IMG/VR virus record: IMGVR_UViG_2061766007_000705
Source of the DNA: a virus
Lineage: Duplodnaviria > Caudoviricetes
DNA: 64,000 bases
Strand: one strand, 5' to 3'
Shown in pieces: positions 8,557 to 17,743 of this stretch (position 1 is the first letter of the stretch; every line of letters begins with the position of its first letter). The notes under the pieces are model-generated. The model did no database searches, was not told the DNA's origin, and was given only the letters and a program-made list of their open reading frames with translations. The translations under genes were made by a program, and so were the position numbers.

Positions 8557-9084
8557 ATGTATTTTGAAAAAGTAAGTTTTGAACAGTACAAGAAATCTAT
8601 TGGTGGAGACCTTACAGAAGAAGAACTCAAGTCAGAATATGATGATATTAAACTTCCAAAGAGAGCAACAAAATGGTCTGCTGGATATGATTTCTTTGCT
8701 CCATTTGATATTGACCTTGCACCTGGAGAGTCAATTGCAGTTCCAACTGGTATCAGATGGAAGTGCTCACACGAACTTGAAGTTATGAGTTTTGCAAAGC
8801 CTACATTTGTATTAAAAGTTTATCCTCGTTCTGGACTTGGTTTTAAGCATTTTGTTGGACTTGCTAATACAGTTGGAATTATTGATGAAGATTATTATCA
8901 ATCAGAAAATGAAGGTCATATCTTTGTCAAACTTGTTAATAATGGCAGTGAAAATGTAACAATTAATAAGAATCAAGGTTTTGCACAAGGTATTATTGTT
9001 AATTTCTGGGTGTGCGATGACGATACTGGTTTCATTGACGGCGAACAAAGAAATGGTGGTATGGGTAGCACAGATAACAAGTAA
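8557..9084 (+). CDS. dut: Trimeric dUTPase
   Basis: Five motifs: AGYDF, RSGLG, GIIDEDY, AQGI, RNGGMGST. Confidence 0.95.
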   Translation: MYFEKVSFEQYKKSIGGDLTEEELKSEYDDIKLPKRATKWSAGYDFFAPFDIDLAPGESIAVPTGIRWKCSHELEVMSFAKPTFVLKVYPRSGLGFKHFVGLANTVGIIDEDYYQSENEGHIFVKLVNNGSENVTINKNQGFAQGIIVNFWVCDDDTGFIDGEQRNGGMGSTDNK

Positions 9085-9110
9085 AATTAAATAGTATAAA
9101 TTTTACTGCT

Positions 9111-9152
9111 AAAAAAAGGGTTTTGAAGTAATTTTCAAAACCCTTTCTTTTT
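9111..9152. terminator. Bidirectional terminator between dut and the convergent lysis genes
   Basis: AAAGGGTTTTGAA / TTCAAAACCCTTT flanked by A and T tracts. Confidence 0.85.
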
Positions 9153-9160
9153 AATTTACA

Positions 9161-9661
9161 TTACTCTTCATCTAAATTTTGACAATGTGGATTGTTAGTA
9201 CAAGCAACAAAAGGCTTCTCCATAAGTTCATTATAACAATGTTCTACATAAGAATTACCTTTAAGTATTTCCGAATATGTCGTATAAAGAAAAATTAAAT
9301 TTTGTCTTTCATATTCAGGGAGATTGACATCTTCTGGAATGTAGCGATAATATAAATGTGTAATAGAATTACGCAAAATACTCTTTAAGCACTCTTGCAT
9401 ATCATTAACATTTTTCTCGTACCTTTCATTATTCTTTTCTTGTTCAGACAATTGGTTTTTGAACCTTTCAGAAAGGTCTTGAACCATTTTCTTAACATCC
9501 TCAATCAACTCATTTTGTTCATCGTCTTTTTTTGCTTGCTCATATTTTGTTGTTATATGTTCTATTAGTCTATCCCTCAGTGGTTTGAGCAACAATGTTG
9601 ACAATGTAATTAAAGTAATTATACCACTGCAAATAGTAATGATTAATTTAAATGTTTCCAA
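9161..9661 (-). CDS. Lysis-cassette membrane protein (holin-like; N-terminal TM plus coiled coil)
   Basis: Hydrophobic N-terminus; LRNSI...Y..Y...GN.Y pattern common in Firmicute phage lysis modules. Confidence 0.6.
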   Translation of the reverse strand: METFKLIITICSGIITLITLSTLLLKPLRDRLIEHITTKYEQAKKDDEQNELIEDVKKMVQDLSERFKNQLSEQEKNNERYEKNVNDMQECLKSILRNSITHLYYRYIPEDVNLPEYERQNLIFLYTTYSEILKGNSYVEHCYNELMEKPFVACTNNPHCQNLDEE

Positions 9662-9739
9662 GATATTCCTCGCTTTCTCTGTAAGCCCTTAATCTAATTG
9701 CAAATGAACAAGAAAATCCAACATCTGCAATTAATCAGT

Positions 9740-10138
9740 TTACTTTTTTAATGTGTTAACTTTACTTTCAATTTTCTCCGTAATGTAAGAATCTAAGTCC
9801 TTATAAGCCAAAGCAAGATATTTTCTTGCTTCATCAGTAAGAATAGAATTAACCGCTTCATAAGTCATTCTAAATGCTTCTTTCTGTGCTTCTTCATCGA
9901 ACATATTCTTATCCTTTAATGCACTTACATATGTTTGATTAGTTGCAATTACACAATTACTAATAGTTTCTCCAAGCATATAAATATACGATTGAAGTTT
10001 TTCATCAGTAATATTTTCATTAATCTCAAATGTCTTTTTCTTAACAAGTGCAATAATATAACCCGATACTACTGCCAAAATAGGAACTAAACAAACATTG
10101 CAAATATCTGTTAAAATCTGTAATACGTTACTATTCAT
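9740..10138 (-). CDS. Holin (LL-H-like)
   Basis: One N-terminal TM; V.ATNQTYV..LK...F..E.QKEAF and I..KIES.V motifs; near endolysin. Confidence 0.75.
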   Translation of the reverse strand: MNSNVLQILTDICNVCLVPILAVVSGYIIALVKKKTFEINENITDEKLQSYIYMLGETISNCVIATNQTYVSALKDKNMFDEEAQKEAFRMTYEAVNSILTDEARKYLALAYKDLDSYITEKIESKVNTLKK

Positions 10139-10610
10139 CTTTTTTCCTCGACTTTCTATTTTTTCTAACTGCTTTTGCTACAACTTCTACTTCTGCTTCC
10201 TTTGGTTCTTCAATCTCAGTATCTTCAGAACTATCCGTTGTATCATTGATGTCCATATTATTCTTTACGTTTTCTACAATATCTTCAGAACAATCAGAAC
10301 ACTCATTATCATAAATATCTTCCATTAATTCAGTTTCATCCGTTTCATCAGTTTCTTCTTCAAGAATATCTTTAATATGAGTTGGTATTTCATCTATAAA
10401 ATTTACTTTACCAACTGCACCAAAACTTTCTCTCTTCTCAAAGAGTGCTTTGGCTGAATATGCAAAAAACGTTGCAATAATTGACGTAATTGCAGTAACA
10501 GCTATTGTTTCAGCAATTTGGTCTTTACCCATAAATGCTAATATGAAACTAAGATATACCCAAGAAATAGATACCGATAGAATTACAATAACTGCTTTTT
10601 TTGTAAACAT
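10131..10610 (-). CDS. Two-TM membrane protein with acidic tail (holin/antiholin candidate)
   Basis: Two hydrophobic helices; lies between endolysin and holin. Confidence 0.6.
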   Translation of the reverse strand: MFTKKAVIVILSVSISWVYLSFILAFMGKDQIAETIAVTAITSIIATFFAYSAKALFEKRESFGAVGKVNFIDEIPTHIKDILEEETDETDETELMEDIYDNECSDCSEDIVENVKNNMDINDTTDSSEDTEIEEPKEAEVEVVAKAVRKNRKSRKKDE

Positions 10611-10627
10611 TATTTCACCACTTTTCT

Positions 10628-11353
10628 TTATAATTGGTTAGGATATAGTTCAAGTAATTTATCTAATGTCTGACCACCACATATACCATCTACTTTCAGT
10701 TTATATTTTTGTTGAAATAACTTAACTGCATTTTCTGTGTTTCCACCAAATAAACCATCTTCTTGAAGTTTTATCCCTAAATTACTTTGGTTTAATAACT
10801 CTTGTAACTTTTTAACCTCTAACACATATCCATCACTCTTTTCATCATTTTCAATACTAAGCGGATGCATTATTGTTTGAGATTTATAATTTGTAATAAA
10901 TTCTAATGGGTTTATTACTTCCCAATTCTTCTTATCTTTACTTATGTGAATTTCATAATGCAAATGAACACCTGCTGATTTTCCAGTGTTTCCCAATGTT
11001 GCAATTACTTTTCCAGCAAGACAAGAATCCCCTTTCTGTACTTTAATAGAACCATTAGCCAAATGTTGTGCTAAAAATCTAATGTAATACCCTTTAACCT
11101 TTCTATAAAATTGTAAAATTACAACATTACCTCTTGCATTATTCCAATATATATCTTCAACAATACATCTAAAAGGGGCATAGAGATTGCCTGAAGAAGC
11201 AATATCTATGCCATTATGAAATGTTCTTTTATGTGTTATAGGATGTATTCTATAACCATAATATGAAGATATGCGAATTGTGTCGCAAGGAAGATGTTGA
11301 CAAATAGAAGGTATTTTGTATGTCTTTTTTGTGTTCGTACTCATAATTATCAC
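10628..11353 (-). CDS. Endolysin: M23 peptidase plus peptidoglycan-binding domain
   Basis: HNGID and HLHYE zinc motifs; VKKLQ...DGLFG..T..AVK.FQ....LKVDGICG. Confidence 0.92.
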   Translation of the reverse strand: MIIMSTNTKKTYKIPSICQHLPCDTIRISSYYGYRIHPITHKRTFHNGIDIASSGNLYAPFRCIVEDIYWNNARGNVVILQFYRKVKGYYIRFLAQHLANGSIKVQKGDSCLAGKVIATLGNTGKSAGVHLHYEIHISKDKKNWEVINPLEFITNYKSQTIMHPLSIENDEKSDGYVLEVKKLQELLNQSNLGIKLQEDGLFGGNTENAVKLFQQKYKLKVDGICGGQTLDKLLELYPNQL

Positions 11354-11363
11354 CTTGCTTGTT

Positions 11364-14300
11364 TTAATCTTCTTTAATTAAATATATACGATATATAAAT
11401 GCTTCTCCAATACGAGGATAAATATACATATTACCTTGCCTTTGTTTTTGTCCAAATGTAAAAATATCTATATATTGTCTATCCGTTTGTTTGTCTGATA
11501 AAACATATGGTAATGTTAAAATTTCTCCAAGTCTTGTATCACCTTGTGTCAATGCATCAGTATAAGTATATTCATCGCCACTCATTTGATAACAAACATT
11601 CCAAAAAGTTGTTTTTGATGTGTTAAATCTAATACAATATACCACTTTAATCTTTTGAGCAGACAAACACCATTGTTCTTCAGATTTTTTAAAAGAACAG
11701 TCAAGAAGATTAAATCTTTCATACATCCAACTACCGCCATTTCCAACTTTTAAAATTAATGGGTCTCCTCGATATTCATAAACATTACTATTTTCATAAG
11801 CTCTCAAATCTTTATAAGTATAACCATAAGTATTGCCAGAATCCCAAAAATCATAAAGATACTTAACTTTATCAGATTGCCATATTGTATATACTTTAAA
11901 ATCTGTTCTACTAATATTAGCATTTGATTCATCTGCAATACATACACCTTTAGGTTGTCTTGTAGCAGTGTTCTGTCTTGCATCTTCAATTATAGTTAAA
12001 TCTGACAAATCTAAAAGAACACAATATACTTTTCGTTCTTTTGTTACTTCAACAAATGATTTATGAGCAATGAGACCAGTATAAAGTTTTTCAGCATATT
12101 CACTATTTCCTATTGCAACATTTTGTACATCATCATTTATTGATTGTGCTTCAAATATAACTAAATATTTTTCACCAAATTTAAGAGATTTTGCTTCACT
12201 AATATATTCTGCTGGTTTACATACATAAACATTATTAGCACACAAATCTTCACATTCAAAATAACCAAGACTTCCATCGTATGTGCATCTGCAATATACA
12301 CAATCATTAAATACACTAGTACAAGCATCAATATTTGTATAAACATCAATGCAAATATTGTTTTCATTGAATATTATATCATACTCATAATTATCATTTG
12401 ACAAATGACCTTTTTCATTTATTGCTAATTCTTCAATTGAATCACCAGAAATTTCATCCATTATAAATAAAGTATTATCTCCGTTATTATAAATATATAA
12501 ACCCTCATCATCTGTTGATTTAATAATTTCCGAATTATTCTTATCACTATAAAGACACCTAAACCAATTAATGTTTATTGTTGCTTCATCTCCATGTTTT
12601 AATTTATTATTAAAACAAATAGTATTTTTTATTTTATTCTTTGGCAAATTATTATAAGTTTGATAATTATTATCATATACTCCACCATGCACTAAACCAA
12701 TTGGTTCAACACCCGATAATGTCAAATTAATATTAGCACCGATGTCTACTTGATAATCTTGTACAAAAGCTGCTTGATTATTATATGATGCAACAAATCT
12801 ATATTGTTTTTGTGTATTTTCTAAATCTAAAGGTACATTAAAAGTCAAAGAATTAGCACCTTGAATTGCAGTACTTCCTTCATACCATTGATAAGTTAAA
12901 GGTTTATCACTAAGATAATCTAATGATTGAATGATTTGACCTTCAGTTTCATTATAACCATAACTAAGTGATTTTTTTATTACAGTCTGTTCATCAGACA
13001 AGATAACACAACAATTTTTCTTTCTTGCATAAAATCCATTTGGTGTAAATGTAATTGTCTCACCTTCAACTTGATTATCAACCATAAATCTTACATAATA
13101 CTCACCAGTGATATTTTCAACATTTAAGATAATGCTACCTTTTCCTTCATTGGTTATTGATGTATTTGTTTGAATATCAAAAGCAGGTTCATTATTTGTA
13201 CCATATTGGTCACTTTTAATAAATGTATCTAACCCAATATATATTTTACTATTTTCGCCTATGAGATTTGAAACTATATAATTTAAATATACTTCATCAT
13301 AATTAGTGACATCAATTGGAGATTTAGTAGTATAGCCACACATACAATGTATTAAATTATCATTTTTTACAATTGTCGAGTTTCCTTGTCCACTCCATTG
13401 ATTATTACTATATGATTTATTCCACTTAATTTGTCCAATATTATAATAATTAGGACGAAGTGCTTTGTGTTTAGTAATTTGAAGTGAGTTAATTGCAGTT
13501 TTTTTATTAACGATATTTGTATTAAGATGAGAAGTTACTTGACAATAATAATATCTCTCTTTGTTTATCACATCATTAAATATAGGCTTATAAATTTGTT
13601 CAGTTGCACCATTAATTATTATTAAATGCTTAGTACTATACTTATTCTTATATGGGTTTTCATACCATTGATATGTAAATGTATGATTCTCTATTGGTTC
13701 AACCTCAGCCTTAAGAGAATTATCTGTAAGAAGCGTAAGAGTTACTTTTGGAGTAGTTGCAGATGTTTCATCAGCATTAACACTAAAACTAATAATATTT
13801 GAATTAAGAGTTTCAGTTAACCTACTTTCAGTTCTTAAAGCAGTAACACTACAATAATAATATTCTATTGTTTCACCTAATTTACCAATAGGGATATTAT
13901 ATATAGATTCAATAGCATCATCTATTTTTTGTGCATTATAACCACTTAAATCATCACATTTATACCACTGATACGATAAAGTGTGATTATCTTCCACCGT
14001 TGCTTCAATACTAATTGATACAGATTCGTAACCATAATCAACTGTAATATTTTGTGGCTGAGTAACAATTGTCGGTGGAGTTGCAGGTATCATATTTTTC
14101 TTTGATAAAGATTGTGGAATTAAATATACTCTATGTATTCTTATATCGGCAGTTTGTTCAGGATAATAGAATGAACTTGCACCAAAATTAAGATAATAAG
14201 AACCAGTAACAGAACTTATATCCATTTTCTTTGTATGTAATTTTAAATCTGTATAATTAGCAAAATCACCAGTGCAATTACCAGTATAATCGAATCTAAC

Positions 14301-17300
14301 ATAATCATTATATGCTCCATTTCTTGGCTCATTACTTAAACCTAAATCAATGGAATGTTGTTGAGACCAAGCATCACCCAATGCAACATATTGAAAATCA
14401 ACGCATAATTTATCATAATACGTTAAATCAACTGGTTGGTCTGTGCAGTATCCGCTACTACCATATAATGAAGTAGAATCATCTACTAATCTCATATATC
14501 TACTTTCTTTTGTTCCACCAAATCCAACTGTTCCAAAATATGTAGAGTAGAATTTATTATTCCAACCACCTACAATTTCCGCACATTCGTCACCTTGATT
14601 ATAAACCATAACTGGTTCTGCTTCTATTGTAACTGTTGATATATCAGATAACGTAACAATAGATAAATTGTCCATTAAATTAGTGTATCTTGTTGTGGTT
14701 AATTCACAATAATAATATAAAACAGTACCATTCATTTCACCTAAAGGAATTTCAAATGTAGAATTTGTTGCTCCTTCAATTAAACGTGAATGTGTTTTTT
14801 CCAAATCATCAGTTTCATACCATTGATAAGTTACATCGTGATTATTATCTGTTGTAGTAGTTATATTAATAACGTCAGATGTTTTATAATTACAAGGTAA
14901 TGTAATACTTTGTGGTTGTTTTACAATTGTTGCAGGTGTTGGAGCAGTATCATCATGTTTAACTCTAACTGTTGCTACATCTGTAATATAAGAAGCAGTT
15001 TTACCATTATTATCTCTCATTGCGCTAATTTCACAATAATAATAATTTGTACTACAACCTTCAAGACCATTTGATATATTATACGTAGAACTATTCGTAC
15101 CAACCTTGATAGGAGATTGTTTGTCAATTGTATTGCATTTATACCATTGATATTTAAGAGTGTGACCTGCTAAATCTACTGTAGGGGTTACAGATAATAT
15201 TTGATTATTATAACCATAATCTAATTCAAGAACATTTGTTATGCTATGTATAGGTTGTACCGCTGGGTCATCTGTGGCATCTTCAAGTTCTATATTACCA
15301 CTTGTTTTACCATTTTCATCTATCATTGTATAAATGAAAACATTGGAAAGGTAACCACCACCATCAAAAGATAAATCAAATAATTCATTTTTATCTTGGT
15401 CTGTAAGGTCAATTTCAATATAATAAGTATGATTTGTATTAGAAGTTTTAATATTTTGTTCATCTATATCATAATTAATTTTTAATTGTTCATTATCATC
15501 GTTTTGATAGTCAAATAAAACAATATATTTTTCTTTACCCTTTAATACATTTAATAACTTAATATTATCATTAATGCCAACCTTATTTCCTTTATAATCA
15601 TCGTCAATAAATATTGTGGTGTCAGTACTTTGTGTACTTGCCCATTTGTCAAATAAAATATGCCTTTTATAAGCAAATGTTTTAATATTTTCAACTCTAT
15701 GGTCATTATAATAATCAATTAAACTATATAAAGCATCCAATGTGTTGTTTACATTTTTAAGAATATCATCATATGTAATAATATAAAATGGTGAATTTAA
15801 CATATTAAATGATAAATTTTGTGTGAAATATTCTTTCCACCATTTATATTTATCAGATTCACATACAATAAAAAATGCAATATTTGGATTATCTGTTTGA
15901 TTAGTCTCAATGATTAAAGAAACTATTTCGTTACAATCATCATCAGATGAGCATATACAAAAACAACAATCTGAAGATAATACATCATTACGATTGTATG
16001 TAAAATTATTTTTTTTAGATACACATTTGGATGACCATCCAGTACCATCCCCACCATAATAAATACTTATAGCATTATTAATTTCATTATAAAATTTAAC
16101 AACTTTACTATCTGTTTCGTTTTTATAATATAATAAATAATTTATTGTGTAATCAGGTAAAACGGCAATACTAGTAAATGTTCCATCACATCCACCTGTT
16201 CCACTACAACGTTTTGAATAAGTTCTTTGTAAAGTAAACAAGAAATTATCTTTAAATTTTTCACCACCAAGGGGACTGCGGAAAGTTGATTCTTCCCAAC
16301 CATCAACACTAATATAAGAACTCCATTCATTTTTCTTACGTACTACATCAAATTTAACATAACCATTTATTGGTAATTGTTTTAATATATATGTCATTAT
16401 TTCTTCAGCACGTGATTGCGAAGGGAGTATTGGTACATCTTTCAAAGATTCATAAGTAGTAGGAATATCACTAATGCCAATAAATGTATGAATATTTACA
16501 AGGTCTTCTCTGCCTTCTTCGTAAAGACATTGGATACCATTTTTTTCATCTTGATTACCAACGATAATAAAAATATCGGGATGATTTTTATTGCATTTTT
16601 CCCAATATTTTGCTTCTTCCCAAATTTCATTTAAAGCGCAATCAAAATTACCATAATATCCAATATTATAAGTTTCAACACCATTAAATGACTTTAATCC
16701 ATAAAGACCATCTACAATTTCATTAATGGCATTAATATCTTCAATATCATTACTAATAGATAAAACACCAATTTTAATCGGAGTTTCCCAATAGTCTTCC
16801 AACATTTCTTCACATTCTGATTTAGTCATAAATGTTTCAGACAAACGTTCTTCTCTCATATCTTCATTAATGAAATAAATTTTTTGAATTTGACAAGAAT
16901 TATTAGCCATAATTCTAATGTAGAATTCATCAACAATATCATTAATGTCAACATAAGTATATCCTAATGTCGTTGTGACATTTGTAAGTGTTTTATCAAA
17001 CTTATTGACTTTACCTTTATTCTTATCTCTTAATTTAGTATCTAAACCAATAGTAATTGAACCTGTATGTTCTACACATAATTTGGTATAATTATTTAAA
17101 TTAACCTTAACTTGTGTAGAAAAACCACTGCCATTATTTAATTCAAGATACTTTTCTTTTTTATTACCACTAAACGAGGTAGATGAATAACAACCATCAC
17201 CCCAAGTACCAGTAATATGAGGATTTTCATCACCATAATTATAAAGATAAAGCATTTCTTGATTTGGAGTAGGAGTAACAAACCCCCTCAGTAATTGAGG

Positions 17301-17732
17301 GGGCGTATTTTGATTTTGTCTATTTGTACTAAATAAATATACTTCTAAATTACCTATAAATGATGCTTTATCTTGAACTTCGGATTCTTTAAAAATATAA
17401 GAGGAACGGAATTTTCTTCTTTCTTTTAATAATGGTTGATATTGGTCATATACACTATCTGCACAAATAATAAATACTGATACGCTATTACCCATAATAT
17501 TATATATGTTATCAAGATATTGATTTATTTTATTATAGTCTTGCTCAGAAGCACAACCTAAGAAAAAACCTTTTGCATCGTGACGAGCCTTAGAAATTAC
17601 ATTATCTTCATATCGAAGATATTGAATTCCTTTTTTGTCAAAATAATCTTCAATTAATATTGATAATTGATTAGCGCAACTTAAATCACTTAATTTTAAT
17701 AAGTTCAAAAAAACTAATTTGGAAGAATCCAT
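11364..17732 (-). CDS. Giant multidomain protein (2122 aa): at least 5 Ig-like domains, repeated beta domains and alpha/beta domains including one KamE-like domain; putative virion adhesin
   Basis: Five YQWY-containing Ig-type repeats (four with YYYC); YNxGD...W repeats; lies between tail and lysis genes. Confidence 0.7.
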   Translation of the reverse strand: MDSSKLVFLNLLKLSDLSCANQLSILIEDYFDKKGIQYLRYEDNVISKARHDAKGFFLGCASEQDYNKINQYLDNIYNIMGNSVSVFIICADSVYDQYQPLLKERRKFRSSYIFKESEVQDKASFIGNLEVYLFSTNRQNQNTPPQLLRGFVTPTPNQEMLYLYNYGDENPHITGTWGDGCYSSTSFSGNKKEKYLELNNGSGFSTQVKVNLNNYTKLCVEHTGSITIGLDTKLRDKNKGKVNKFDKTLTNVTTTLGYTYVDINDIVDEFYIRIMANNSCQIQKIYFINEDMREERLSETFMTKSECEEMLEDYWETPIKIGVLSISNDIEDINAINEIVDGLYGLKSFNGVETYNIGYYGNFDCALNEIWEEAKYWEKCNKNHPDIFIIVGNQDEKNGIQCLYEEGREDLVNIHTFIGISDIPTTYESLKDVPILPSQSRAEEIMTYILKQLPINGYVKFDVVRKKNEWSSYISVDGWEESTFRSPLGGEKFKDNFLFTLQRTYSKRCSGTGGCDGTFTSIAVLPDYTINYLLYYKNETDSKVVKFYNEINNAISIYYGGDGTGWSSKCVSKKNNFTYNRNDVLSSDCCFCICSSDDDCNEIVSLIIETNQTDNPNIAFFIVCESDKYKWWKEYFTQNLSFNMLNSPFYIITYDDILKNVNNTLDALYSLIDYYNDHRVENIKTFAYKRHILFDKWASTQSTDTTIFIDDDYKGNKVGINDNIKLLNVLKGKEKYIVLFDYQNDDNEQLKINYDIDEQNIKTSNTNHTYYIEIDLTDQDKNELFDLSFDGGGYLSNVFIYTMIDENGKTSGNIELEDATDDPAVQPIHSITNVLELDYGYNNQILSVTPTVDLAGHTLKYQWYKCNTIDKQSPIKVGTNSSTYNISNGLEGCSTNYYYCEISAMRDNNGKTASYITDVATVRVKHDDTAPTPATIVKQPQSITLPCNYKTSDVINITTTTDNNHDVTYQWYETDDLEKTHSRLIEGATNSTFEIPLGEMNGTVLYYYCELTTTRYTNLMDNLSIVTLSDISTVTIEAEPVMVYNQGDECAEIVGGWNNKFYSTYFGTVGFGGTKESRYMRLVDDSTSLYGSSGYCTDQPVDLTYYDKLCVDFQYVALGDAWSQQHSIDLGLSNEPRNGAYNDYVRFDYTGNCTGDFANYTDLKLHTKKMDISSVTGSYYLNFGASSFYYPEQTADIRIHRVYLIPQSLSKKNMIPATPPTIVTQPQNITVDYGYESVSISIEATVEDNHTLSYQWYKCDDLSGYNAQKIDDAIESIYNIPIGKLGETIEYYYCSVTALRTESRLTETLNSNIISFSVNADETSATTPKVTLTLLTDNSLKAEVEPIENHTFTYQWYENPYKNKYSTKHLIIINGATEQIYKPIFNDVINKERYYYCQVTSHLNTNIVNKKTAINSLQITKHKALRPNYYNIGQIKWNKSYSNNQWSGQGNSTIVKNDNLIHCMCGYTTKSPIDVTNYDEVYLNYIVSNLIGENSKIYIGLDTFIKSDQYGTNNEPAFDIQTNTSITNEGKGSIILNVENITGEYYVRFMVDNQVEGETITFTPNGFYARKKNCCVILSDEQTVIKKSLSYGYNETEGQIIQSLDYLSDKPLTYQWYEGSTAIQGANSLTFNVPLDLENTQKQYRFVASYNNQAAFVQDYQVDIGANINLTLSGVEPIGLVHGGVYDNNYQTYNNLPKNKIKNTICFNNKLKHGDEATININWFRCLYSDKNNSEIIKSTDDEGLYIYNNGDNTLFIMDEISGDSIEELAINEKGHLSNDNYEYDIIFNENNICIDVYTNIDACTSVFNDCVYCRCTYDGSLGYFECEDLCANNVYVCKPAEYISEAKSLKFGEKYLVIFEAQSINDDVQNVAIGNSEYAEKLYTGLIAHKSFVEVTKERKVYCVLLDLSDLTIIEDARQNTATRQPKGVCIADESNANISRTDFKVYTIWQSDKVKYLYDFWDSGNTYGYTYKDLRAYENSNVYEYRGDPLILKVGNGGSWMYERFNLLDCSFKKSEEQWCLSAQKIKVVYCIRFNTSKTTFWNVCYQMSGDEYTYTDALTQGDTRLGEILTLPYVLSDKQTDRQYIDIFTFGQKQRQGNMYIYPRIGEAFIYRIYLIKED

Positions 17733-17743
17733 TCAAACACCCC

